Of a stretch of 64,000 bases of DNA, positions 1 to 11,800 are shown piece by piece. Below the pieces are notes generated by a model. That model was not told where the DNA came from, searched no databases, and saw only the letters and a list, made by a program, of their open reading frames with translations. Location: positions 1,184,001 through 1,248,000 of the forward strand of contig OZ223236.1 of NCBI GenBank assembly GCA_965140445.1. Direction: 5' to 3'. The stretch comes from Candidatus Ozemobacteraceae bacterium. GTDB taxonomy: Bacteria > Muiribacteriota > Ozemobacteria > Ozemobacterales > Ozemobacteraceae. A program made the position numbers and the translations under genes. Every line of letters begins with the position of its first letter. Positions within the stretch are counted from its first letter, which is position 1.

Positions 1-1856
1 TCAGCATCATGAATTCCACTTGAAGAGCTTGCGAGCTGAACTCGGAAAGTAATTTGATCATTTACTCTTACATATGGATGAGTAGCTGAAATTGCTGGTG
101 ATGAAGTGTAAGCTGTTCCCATGATTTTGGGAGGTTCATTGTCAATTCTGATTGAGTTAGAAAGAGTTTGAACTGTATTACCTGCATTGTCAGTTGCTTT
201 TATGGTAAAAGTTACATTCTGGTCATAGGCCATGCCAGAAGCCGGATCTCCTACTGTGTGCTCCAGCCTGTAAGTGCTACCTGAGTAAGGACTGAGAGTG
301 CTGCTGGCTGTTCCACCAACTCTTTCAAAGTCAACCCAGATGCTTCCATTATCAAGATTGGTTACATTAGCTTGAATGCTTAGCACATCTCCGTGTTTAA
401 CTGTTTTTGTTGGGTTATTAACATTTGCAGCTTGCCCGGCGCTTATTAATGGAGGGTTATTATCGACATAAATAACCGGGAGAGTGACTCTGGTAATTTC
501 ATTCCCAGCCGTGTCTTTTGCATAAACTGTAAAAGCTCTGGGAGTGCTGTCTTCTGATGTGTATTGATGAATGTCATATCTGAGTTCAAAAGTTGTTGTA
601 GCAGAGTTATTAAAAGGAATAATCTGATTGGAAACTCCACCAATTCCACTTAAATCAACCGTTATTATAACGTCGTTCATAAGGGTTGAAAGGTTTCCAA
701 GGAAATGGATTTCATCGCCAATAATTGCAATGTTATCGCCAATAATTCCGCTTTTTTCAGTTAATGTCAGACCGAAAGGTTCTGCAAATTCAGGAGGAAG
801 CGTATCAACATTAATAAAGTTAGAAACTTTTTTGTTGCTTTCATTGCCAACGTCATCTGTAGCGGTAATTTCAAAAGCAGTTCCTATGCTTTGGATAGTA
901 GGTGTTGTCTGGACATAATGTATATATTCAAAAACAGTTTCAGCTCCTGGAGTGCCGCCTGAAACCTTTTGCATGGTAACTGGTCCGCCAGGAATTAAAT
1001 ACGTATTTGATGCTTTTACTGTGTCGTAATCATAATTTTGAATTACTGCCTGAATTTTAATTGTGTCTCCAGATGTAACCCATGTTTTTCCAGAGGTCAT
1101 GTTAACGACTGAAGCTGAGATAATTTCTGGGGCTTTGGTATCATAGTTAACTGCCAGATCCCAGCTTCTGTTGTTTCCTGCGTCATCAGTTGCTGTAACC
1201 TGAAGACCTGTGGCAACACCTTCTTTGTTGGCTGGGAATGGAAGAACAAGCTGATATTCTGGAGCGGAGTCTGTTCCTCCGGTTCTGGAGAAAATCTGAC
1301 TTGTTCCAAGGCCAATATTTGAAAGGTTCGCTCTTGGGATGTCGCCATCAAGAGCACTATTCATTGCAATGTTTATTGTAAGGCTATCGCCATATTTAAA
1401 ATAGCCGCCATTTCCGGTTCCACCGGTTGCGCTTGGACCATACTGTGAATATGGTCTTCGGTTATCTATCAGTAAGCTTCCGCCAATTCGTACACCGTCT
1501 TCATCTACAAATTGAAAGGTTTGCGCTGTATTGTTTTCCACGTTACCAGGAGAAATAGTTAAAAAGGCTGAATAAAAATTTCCCGCAAGCTGTGGAAGGG
1601 CAAAATATGGATTACCAAATTGCCCTAGATTAATATAGGGATATTGATCTGTCTGGGTCGTTGTGGATCGACACGAAAAAGTAATTGTGTCTCCAATTCC
1701 TGCAATTCCGTCACCATTTAAATCTGATGATAATACTGCTGTTTGGTTGGTTACGTTTGCCCATCCCATACTTGCTGTTAACAGAACGAGAATAAAAGCT
1801 ATAAAGCTTCTGTTAACCTGTTTCCTGATGTTTGTGTTTGCCTTTTTGTTTGCCAT
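1..1856 (-). CDS. Giant secreted Ig-like repeat surface protein, 5' part (runs off window start); paralog of 2841..15362
   Basis: Not in ORF track because there is no stop in the window. ATG at 1856 preceded by GGAGG. Reads MANKKANTNIRKQVNRSFIAFILVLLTASMGWA (signal peptide), then ...SSDLNGDGIAGIGDTITFSC..., resembling ...PIVDGDGYTNIGDTVRV... of the 4173-aa protein. Confidence 0.85.
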   Translation of the reverse strand, partial: MANKKANTNIRKQVNRSFIAFILVLLTASMGWANVTNQTAVLSSDLNGDGIAGIGDTITFSCRSTTTQTDQYPYINLGQFGNPYFALPQLAGNFYSAFLTISPGNVENNTAQTFQFVDEDGVRIGGSLLIDNRRPYSQYGPSATGGTGNGGYFKYGDSLTINIAMNSALDGDIPRANLSNIGLGTSQIFSRTGGTDSAPEYQLVLPFPANKEGVATGLQVTATDDAGNNRSWDLAVNYDTKAPEIISASVVNMTSGKTWVTSGDTIKIQAVIQNYDYDTVKASNTYLIPGGPVTMQKVSGGTPGAETVFEYIHYVQTTPTIQSIGTAFEITATDDVGNESNKKVSNFINVDTLPPEFAEPFGLTLTEKSGIIGDNIAIIGDEIHFLGNLSTLMNDVIITVDLSGIGGVSNQIIPFNNSATTTFELRYDIHQYTSEDSTPRAFTVYAKDTAGNEITRVTLPVIYVDNNPPLISAGQAANVNNPTKTVKHGDVLSIQANVTNLDNGSIWVDFERVGGTASSTLSPYSGSTYRLEHTVGDPASGMAYDQNVTFTIKATDNAGNTVQTLSNSIRIDNEPPKIMGTAYTSSPAISATHPYVRVNDQITFRVQLASSSSGIHDA

Positions 1857-1910
1857 TTTTAATGGTTCCTCCGCGGTGTGGAACTGATAGTTTTCGACTA
1901 TTCAGTTAAG

Positions 1911-1938
1911 TAATCGGCACCTAATGGCAAAAACCAAA
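1911..1938 (-). promoter_or_regulatory. sigma28-like promoter candidate
   Basis: TTTGGTTT-N12-GCCGATTA, ~55 nt upstream of ATG 1856; good -10, weak -35. Confidence 0.45.
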
Positions 1939-1957
1939 GGAAAATCAACTAAAAACT

Positions 1958-2027
1958 AAAAAAAAATGACCGCGCCCGAAGAATGACACCCCGGTTTTTT
2001 TAACCTTGAGTGTCAGGGCGTGGCCAT
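1958..2027 (-). terminator. Long bulged hairpin followed by U-tract (terminator or structured RNA)
   Basis: ATGGCCACGCCC/GGGCGCGGTCAT, TGACACTC/GGGTGTCA and GGTT/AACC stems, followed by a T-run on the minus strand. Confidence 0.6.
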
Positions 2028-2060
2028 AATCCCTGTTCTCCCATTCAATGGGAATATATA

Positions 2061-2837
2061 TTAGATGCCGGTCAAACCTGCCTTTTTCAAGGTATTGTAG
2101 ATTTGAGCGACAGGCGAAGATTCAGAACTGTCTGATGCTCTTGCGGCAAGTATCTGTGCTCTTGATTTATCTATGTCACCAGATGCTGCCCGCCAAAAGT
2201 ATGCATATGCAAGCATCGCATGGGCTTCAGGCGATGAGATTCCTATTTGGGTGTGTTCAAGTGTCAGAGTATAACTGGTATCAATAAGACCAATTTGCTC
2301 AAGAATTGTTGTGGCTTGCGAAATTCCAGATTGTGTTCCCTGTTGAATCAGACCCATGGCATACCCAAGTTTGGATTCCATTATTTCTCCAGCCTGAACA
2401 AAATCAGTCATTCCGCTAATTGTGTCATAAGATTTCACTCTTGCCCAACCCCTGCCGTTATAGGCTTTTTGTTTTTGTTCAGTGGTTGCGGCCGGATCAT
2501 TAATTACGGCGTCAAAGTATAAAATTGCTCCGCCGAAGTTTCCAAAACTTGCGCTATCCCAGGCAGCTGCTATTTTTTCATCAGCTGTTCCTGTTCCAGT
2601 ATTTGTAGACGTTCCAGTGGAAGTACTGGTCGATGTGGACGTAGAGGTAGATGTGCTTGTTGATGTTCCAGTGCCGGTGCCCGTAACAATAACTGGTCCA
2701 GCTGGATTTTCTCCTGGAAGAATCTGTCTTCCTGTTCCACCGCCACCACCGCCACAGCCAATCATTAGCGAGGCTGCAACTGTGAAAACAGATAATGCTA
2801 AGGGGAGAAAGAATTCTTTGTTTATTTTGTTATTCAT
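2061..2837 (-). CDS. Lipoprotein with Gly and Thr/Ser linker and TPR-like helical domain
   Basis: Lipobox-like LMIG-C followed by GGGGGG; TSTSTS tract; TPR-like 'AYNGRGWARV' and 'AHAMLAYAYF'; starts 3 nt after the giant gene stop. Confidence 0.8.
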   Translation of the reverse strand: MNNKINKEFFLPLALSVFTVAASLMIGCGGGGGGTGRQILPGENPAGPVIVTGTGTGTSTSTSTSTSTSTSTSTGTSTNTGTGTADEKIAAAWDSASFGNFGGAILYFDAVINDPAATTEQKQKAYNGRGWARVKSYDTISGMTDFVQAGEIMESKLGYAMGLIQQGTQSGISQATTILEQIGLIDTSYTLTLEHTQIGISSPEAHAMLAYAYFWRAASGDIDKSRAQILAARASDSSESSPVAQIYNTLKKAGLTGI

Positions 2838-2840
2838 TTT

Positions 2841-5800
2841 CTACCTCAGTACCGCCAGTTTGTGAACCCGCTTGATTTTCTTAGATGGATTATCAGGGTC
2901 TCTCACTGTTACTTTTGCAAAGTAAACACCGTTTGAAACGGTTTTTCCTCTGTCATTGCTCAGATCCCATGGGATGTCATACAGGAATCTGGAGTTAACT
3001 CCCCAGGACTCTCTTACTGCCCTAATTCCATTGAGTGTTTTAACCTTATGTCCTGCAGAATCGTATATTCTAACGTTGATGAAGTCTTCGTTAATATCGT
3101 TGCGGTTTGCACTGATTCTAATAAAGGTCTTTCTTCTAGCTGGATTCGGATATTGCATGATTTGGGTTATGCTTAAGGGCGCAATTACCGCAAATCTTAT
3201 TGCCGCAGAATTTGCCCGGTTTCCTGTTTTGTCGACAGCCGAAATAACCAGTTCATGGTCTCCACCAGTTAGTTCTGACATTGGTTTGAACCAGAAATTA
3301 CCTGCTCCGTCAAATCTGACTGGTTGAGAAGGGCCGTTATCAATGCTAGCGCTTAATTCCGTCGCATCTACTCCAGATCCATTATCTGTAATGGTTCCGG
3401 TAAATTCTGGCCTTGCAGTATTGAATTCTTCGATTTCCTGATCTTTATTGGAGAGCTTTATTTCAGGAGCTTTTCCATCTAACAAAATTGCATATACACC
3501 AGTTTCATTTGTTTGAGTATATAGGTTGCCGGTTTTGTTTCTGGAAGCTGATACGAAATCCCATTTATCGCCATTTTGTTTAAACAGCCCCATTCCTGTT
3601 GTATAGGTCGCAGGAGTGCCAACCTCTACAGAGAATAGGCCAGAGATATTTGCCCTTGGCAAATCAATTTCGTAACCTTCAGAAATTGGAGATAATTCAG
3701 ATTGATCTGTTGAACTTAGGCTTAATGAAGATGCTCTAAGCATTTCCTGGAGCTTAGGTATGATTTTATTTTGTGTCGTCTGAAGTTTATGTTCAAGAAT
3801 TTTAAGCATTGAAGCCTTTTTCAGTGAATTCTTGTTCATAACTACCAGCATTGAATTATCCTGAGATTTTACTGATGCTGCAACATTTGCAGATAGATAT
3901 GCAACGGTAAAGGTGCTGTTGCCTGTTCCCTGGTTTCCTGCAGCATCTTTACCATAGGCAACCAGAGTTCCATTGCCTGGATAGGAAGGACTAAGGTGAA
4001 CACCGATCATGTAAGATCCTGTGGCTGCACCGGCCTGCATTGCTGTTGTAACAACAGAAGCGTTGCTTTGAGCAATCTGCAGACTTGGGGCAGTTTGAAG
4101 CTTTTCATTTGAAGTAACTACCACAATGATGTCATATTCATTCGCCGGGTTAGAGAAAGCGCTCACTTCCAGGACAGGAGGAGTCAAGTCCCTTCCAACA
4201 AAGCTGTAACTGTTTCCAGAGGTTGGTGTCGGGTTACCAAATTTATCCTGGACATTGGTTACAAATATTGTGTAGCTGGCATTTTCTATTAAGCTGGAAG
4301 CTGCGGTTATGAGAACCGTTTTCTGGTCAGATTGTGGAGTTGCCTGAACAACTGAAACAGCTCCTGAAGGTCCAACCAGACTATAGTTACTTACATTTGA
4401 AGCAGAAGTTGGTGAAAACAGTTCGTCGAAGACCAGTTTGAATTCCTGCTGTCCAGAAAGACCTTCAAATGACACTGAAGAGACTTTTGGACCCTGTCCG
4501 TCTGCTACCAGTATTCCTGCGTTTTCAGGACCAGCGATTAATGCCCCGTGAATACTTCTTAAAGTTCCCGTTGCGATTGTGAAGGTGTAACTAGTTTGAT
4601 GTGACATTGCTGGAGAAACGTTCATGGTTAATGCCTGAGATTCTGCCAATGCAATGTTACTTACTGTTAATCCTGTTGTCGAGATGTTTGCACCAGCAAT
4701 GGATGTGGCATCTATTGGATGATTCATCCAGATTTTTACTGAGGTTGAGCTGATCTGGTTTATTCCAGTTATTTTGAATCTAGATGTAATTGCATTTATA
4801 GAGGCAGTTCCACTAGCTTTATTGCCTGTGTAATCCAGAGCACGGAATTTATAAATTCCATCAATTACAACGCTTCCAGCAGTGTTTGTTCCATCCCAGT
4901 ATGCTTTGTAGTTGCCTAGAACATTTAAAATTGGGAGTTTTTTGATTCTTACGTCAGAGCTATTAAGAACCTCTATCCAGTAAATTCCAGTTTCGCCCAG
5001 TATCTCTGGAGTGGTAATTCCAATTTCAAGAGTTCCACCAGATGGTGAGAATGTTGTGACTGGATTCCCGGCAAGCAACAAGCTGTATGTTGAAATTCCG
5101 GGGGCTTTTGTATCAATTATGACTGTTGAAGAAAGAGCTGAACCGGATGCAAGCAGGGCAACATTTCCCGCTCTATCCACCATGTCAAAAACATAAGTGC
5201 CATCTGGCATAACTGCTTTTGGATCAGTTCCACGGCTATATCTGCCGTTGAATGCGCCAATCCAGTAATTAGTTCCGTCTGCGGCCATCTGATAAGTGTC
5301 TGTCGAGTTTGTTCCTCTAACTCTTATTAAAGGAGATTCATTTTCAACTGCGCTATATCTGGCAGAAATAACTCCGTGAATACCTGGATTGAAATACACA
5401 GCCGCTGTTGCAGTTTCGCCGCCGGTAATTGCCTGAGACAAAACGGAAGGCGCAGATGCATCCATGGTCCATGAGAAATTTTCAATTGAGAAATCACCAG
5501 AGCCGTCTGCTAGTTTCATTACATAAGTTGTTGGTCCTATTGGTGCTGGTCCTGTGGCTGTAGACCATGTGAATGTTGCTGCGTTATTTCCATCCAGAGC
5601 CAATACGTAAGAGGCAACGGTAACGTCTGCCAACGTAAAGTGGAGATAGGTTGGTAGACTATCTGGCAAGCTTTGAAGTTGTATAGACATAGTTGCAGCA
5701 TTTGGTGAAACAGCAAAGCTAAAAGGTGCATTGGTTAGAATTTCTGTTGCAGAGCTTGCGGTTGTACTCTGGAAAGAACTTGTCTTGAATGAAGATACAG

Positions 5801-8800
5801 CAGGCCCTCTTGAGCGAATTGAAATTGTTGCTGCGGACAGGTTTGAAACAACATTTCCAGTGACATCAAATGCTCTTACAGCACAGGAGTAATCGCCTTG
5901 AGGGATTTCAGTTGTAATAGCTTCTGCAGTTACAAATTGTGCCTGAGTTGGCGAAAGCCAGGAAGTGAATGTGCAGACAATTTGCCTGGAAGTTGTTGCC
6001 AGGGTTAGATTTGGAACTGCAGACGCAAGCTGATTCATTGCTTCATTGAATGTTACTGTGAAGGTCGCTTGCCCAGCAGGGCTTGAACTAAGAGGCAAGC
6101 CACCCATAGCTACAACACTGTTAATGGAGGGGGCTGTCCAGTCAAAGATTATAGGGGTTACTGATGCTGTTCCCGTTGCAGGATTTCCAGCAAGATCAAA
6201 AGCACTGATATAGTATAGTCCTTGTTGGAAGCTATTTGTTTCTGAACTTGGTATGCTGTAATTGCTTTTTCCAGAAACATAATTTGTTTCCATTACATAA
6301 GAATGTGTTGCGGTCCCAGAGGCTACAATAAGGATGAGCTGGTCTGTTGCTACTGCTTGAAAAGCAACATTAAGATTTCCATGCAGTGAAGGATTATAGT
6401 AGAGTGGCATAGTGCTGGCATCAGAAACCGTTGTTATTGTTGCAACCTGAATTTCTGGTTCTACGGCATCATAAACCAGATGAGTCGAACAGGTTGCGCT
6501 TAGGTTTCCAATGTTGTCCAGAAGTTTAAATGAATAGGTTGCAGGGCCAATAAGGCCAGGAGTTCCGAAGAAAGCTGCATTAACTGTAACCGAGGCAGCA
6601 TTGCTTACGCCTGGATCTAGAGCTATGCTTGCCACCTGTGCGTTGGTTGCATCATATACAAGAACACTGTGAGGAACCTGGAAAGGCCCCTGATTATATG
6701 AAACAGAGAGCGTTGCAACAGTTGGAGATGCAATTGGACTGAATGGTGCATTCAAAATCTCAGTGTTGCCTAGTCTATAGGCCTGTTGGCTTCTCAGAGT
6801 TGCACTAAATGCCGGTGGGGTAGTGAATAATTCAATTTCAAATGTGCCTGTTGCTGGGTTGGTATTTTTGTTCCCAGCAACATCTATGGCGTTTGAAATC
6901 TGGAAGCTGTAAGTTCCTGGTGGTATAGAGCTGTTAATATCATTTGTATTGGTAAATCTGCAGGTGGTTCCATCAGACCATTGAACGAATGTCATTGGAA
7001 CGGTTACTGATGGTATTGTAGCTGACCCAGTGGATAACATCAGCGTTGGAGCCGAAGCCGTATTCATTGGTTCGCTAAAAGTTACAGAAAAGGTTCCTAC
7101 TCCAGCTGCCAGGCCACCAACAAGCCCTGGGCTTACTGATGTTACAGTTGGAGAAACTGTATCTACAATCATTATTGCAGTAGAAGCTATTCCTGTTGCC
7201 ATGTTTCCAGCGCTATCAGCACAGGTGATGAAATACGGTCCATCTGCCAGGGCAGAATTAAGCAAACCGCTTTGGATTCCGGTTCCTGCTGTGAGATCTG
7301 ATGAAATGGTAGCTAGTGTATTACCGATAATCAGTTTTACACTGTCGGTGGCTGTTGTGGTGAATTCAAAAGTTGCAGATGCTTGAACTGGAGAGTAATA
7401 CCAGGCAAGTCCTGGATAGGCTGCAGTAACTGTAGCAATGCTATTTGAGTTCTTGAGTTTTATCGCAGTTATATCCGGTACTATAGTGTCGTATACAAGA
7501 CTTGTTGGAAGGAAGCTGCCAGAGAGGTTTCCTGCTCCATCTAATATTTTGAACTTGTAAGTGCCATCTACGGCATTCCAGGTGCCACTGGCTCCTGTAA
7601 AACTAATTTCAACAGGGTCGCCAAGAGGAATCGCATAAGTGGCAACCTGATTGTCACTGTTGGCAGCGTCATAAATACCGAGAGTGTGTGGAGAGCTGAA
7701 CTGTCCACTTGGGTAGTCGATTCTTATTGTTGCGCTACCATTTCCGTATGCTGGGTTGAAGGCTCCATTGCTAACCAGAGCACTTGTTGGACCATAAATA
7801 TGTGTTTGGTCTGTAAGCGTATAAATCGTAGCAAATGGGCCTTTAGTCATAATTTCTACATTAAACTGACCATCTGCGACTGGTATTATTGAATTTTGTG
7901 CCAGATCGACACCCCCAGTAAGCCTGTAGGTATAGGTTCCTGTTGGCAGGGAAGTGTCAATTGCATTTGTGTTCATAAATACTGCTGTAGTAGCAAGGTC
8001 TGGGTCTTCCCATTTAACGAAAGTCATTGGGATAATTGTTCCAGCTGTTGAAGTTGCCAGCTGTAAAACTGGTGTATTGACTGCTGAAGCATCCATTGGC
8101 TCTGAGAAGGCAACTCTGAAGTTCATGGCTCCAGCGCCACAGTTCCCTATAAGGTCGGATGGGGTTATTGCAACTACATTAGGTCTGGCATTATCCACTA
8201 CGAACTCTTTTGCTGTAAAAGCAGGAGCAGGGTTCCCAGCTGCATCAATAATGGTAAGAGTGTAAGACCCGTTCGCAAGGTTTACGCCATGACTTACTGT
8301 ATAGTTTAAAGCTGAACTGTGAGTCATGGCCAGCGTTGATGTGGCCATTGTTGAGCGTATAGCAAGTCTAAGCTCATCATTAGTGCTTGCTGTGACGGCT
8401 GAGAGCGTAAAATTTCCATTTATGGGACTATAATAAGTTATGCCAGAAGTCGTTGTAGAACCAACGTTGGCAAAGTTTGCCGCAGCAATGTCAGGTGGGA
8501 GTGTGTCAAAGTTGATGTCTTTCAAAGCTCCGGTTACGTTTGCGGCTGAGTCGATGATTTTTACCGAATAAACCAAAGGACCTGCTGAAGCTGGTGCCAC
8601 GTCAAAGTCGCTCAGGTTAAATGTTGCTGTTCCATTTGTTGAGAATAAATTAGTGGCTAATACCACATCTCCGATTTTGGCATCAAGACTGTCGTAAAGA
8701 GCCAGGTAGTGGGGGAGATGTTTAGTTGGAATCGAATCGTATTTTACTTTGAAAACTGCATAGCCTGGTGATACTGCCGTACTCCAAACGTTGTCTGTTA

Positions 8801-11800
8801 AATCAACTGATGGATCTACAATATCCTGCCTGGTTGTAATATGAATGTTGCCAGCCTGAACCTCGGGAGAGTCGGTTCTAATTTGTACTAAAGTTGAGGA
8901 GACGCCTGTCTGAGAATTGTCTGCTTCATCTTTGGCATTAGAGACTTCGTAAGTCCAGGTTCCATTAGTAATGGAAGAATCGAAAGCAATATTGTTTTTA
9001 AATTCAACTGTTGTTGAAGAAATCCAGCTTGAGTAACTGAAGCTAAGAGTCTGAGTTGTAGTTGCAAGTCTGAAGGTTGGAATTACAGTCTGATTCATTG
9101 GCTCATCAAAGATTATTTTGAATGAGGTGTTTGCCGGTATGCGGCCAATTATTCCCGCTGGAACAATGTTTGAAACTACTGGAGACTGCGAATCAATAAG
9201 AAGAGTCGGAGACGCAGTATCGTTAAAACCTGTAGCTGTTAGATCATTTTTTGAATTCAAGTCGTAGCACTGGCTTGCAAGTATATTGTTGGTAACATTG
9301 CTAAAAACATCTGTAATCCCATCAACTTGAACCATTGCTGGAACTCTCTGCAGATTTATAGGGAATGCAGATGAGTTTGTGAATCTAAAAACAGTTCTGG
9401 TCACGCCATTTACTGTTCTGGTTCCTACGCTTACAAAATTAGCTCCAGTAAGTGTCGTCGCTGGATTATCCTGTCTGACGATCTTTGCGGTTGGGTGAAT
9501 CTGAGTCTGTATTGGAACAGAGACGCTTCCAATTTGTGGTGGGAACACTTCAACTTCAAAAATCAATCCTGAAGGTGTTTTTATTCCTACCGGCGGTTTG
9601 TCAGCAGAAGAGCAGGCTGCCAGTGTCGCACCGGTATAGCCTGTTGGAGAGGTTACGGTTACCGCTCCTGGATTTCCTGAAGGAAGGTATGCAGTGTTTG
9701 GGGTTCCCCACCAATTGTGGAACGCACCTGAATTTATCTTTAAACGCCAATCTGGAGTGGCATTTCCCTGGAACAGATTTAAGATGTTTTGAATATCTTG
9801 ATTCGTAAGTTTGAGCACGAGGGTATTTGTGGCAACTCTATTGTCAGAAGGAATCTCAAGATCCTTTAGCTGAAGAACAGTGTTTGTTCCAGCGTCAATA
9901 TCGTAGAGAGAAATCTGATTATGGAAAGTTGTAACTGCTTTACTTAAACTTGGAACAGGCATTATTAGCTCTGGGCCAGTTGCATTCAAAGTTTTAAAGT
10001 CATTTGCAAACAATAACATCTCGTCAGTAGTTGAGAATGCCAGTGTTTGGCTGCTCATATCTATAATTGGCTCTAAAGCTGGTCCATTAATGCTGAATCC
10101 AGCGACTGGGCGATTGTCTAAAGCAGCAATCGGGGCAGAAGTTGGAACATTTGCCATAGCTCTATCAAGTGGATCTCTCAAAAAGACATGAGCACTTGAA
10201 CGGGTCGCGAACATCAATTTGGTTGATGTATTATTGGTGAGTTTCTTAGCGACCCAGTAGGTAGCAGAAGCGTTGAGGGTAATCTCAAGGTGGGAATCGT
10301 CGACCCAGTTAACGCTATCGGTGGCGTTAAAAATATAGCCTGTTGTATAGTCGATATCAGTAAAGTCATAAGTTAGCGGGCTTGTAATCAAAACAGCATT
10401 TGATGCAATCAGACTATCTCTGTCCATGTTTTTACTGAAGTAAAGATTTATTTTTGTTGGCGCAGGCCAATTTTGAACCATGGTAAATTGTGTAATTCTA
10501 CCTGCTTCTCTCCAGCTGCTATCGGTTATGTTAATTGGGTGATAGTTTACTGTTGGAAGCCAGTTGCCAGCTCTGTCGGTTAATGGAGCCGTTGTCTTGG
10601 TGTGAGCTACTTGCAGATAAATCGGAGTAGAAGCCCATTGTGCTATGGCTTTTTGTTGGGCTAAAGTTAAACTTATATCGAAGCTGAAGAGCCCATCGGA
10701 AACTATTGCAGTAGCAAGACTGAGATTAACTTCAAAGTCCAGTGGCAGTGTGTTGCTGCCAACAATTTTTAATTGATCGGTGTCGATCGAACCTGTTTCA
10801 TATTCTTCTGATAAATTAACGGTCAAAGTTGCTCCATTAAAGTTTGCAGAAGTGATTTTCGGGAAAACGTTATCAATAATAAAGGTTTGTGATGCTGAAA
10901 CTTTATTTCCAGCCTGATCCTGAACTGTGATTAAAATGTCTTTTTCTTCATAATCCACAGGAGGAAGAGCAGAAGCTTTAACTCCAACAGTAGAAGTTGC
11001 GCTGTCTCCTGTTACTGTGAGGGCAACCTGACCGCTTGCAACCGATGCAAAGTCGAGCCAGGCATTTAGAATTGGCACAGAGCTGGCCACTTTTACATAT
11101 CCAAAAAGAAGATCCCCTGAAGTGCTTGAACCAACGTTGTATACTGGCAATGGACCGGCTGTTTGTGCAAGATAATCTGGGTTTAACGTGAACGAGCTTA
11201 TGCTGATTGCTGGTGGAATATTTCTGACGGTGAATACGGAAGTGCCAGTCACCATTGTTGAAACATTTCCGATTGTGTCGGTTGCGGTTAATTTGAAATC
11301 CAAAGTATTGTTGTCAAGGATTCCCCAGTTTGCTGTGCCTGGCGCACCAACGGTGAATACAGCTTCGTGTCTGTTAGTTGAAGCGTTAAAGTTCATTGTT
11401 GCCGTTGCAAAATCAACTGATCCAGAGCCAATAGTCGCATGGATCATTGCCAGATCTAAATAAGGACTGGCACTGGCATATACGGTGATAACATCATTGA
11501 TATTCGCTACTGTTGCAATTGGATTATCGTTATTAGTTGTGCTGATTAAGATTCCTGGAGTTGTAAAAGATGCTGGCTGGCAATCTACTTTGGCTATTTT
11601 TGCCGACTCAACAATGATCAGGTTATCATTTTTATCTGTCAGTTTTGCTTTAAATTTATAGTCAATGAAGCTTTGTGTTGCAATTGCAGATGTGACATTT
11701 AAGGTATAAGTGCCAAGACCATTATAGGTCATTTGTTCACTGGTAGTGAAACCTATCGGGGATAGGTCTATAGTTGCGGTTCCTGGATTTGAGGTATTAG

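Noticed and set aside
2585..2690. Thr/Ser/Gly tract as a DNA tandem repeat or phase-variation site
   Set aside because: Codons are varied, so the repetition is at protein level (a linker).
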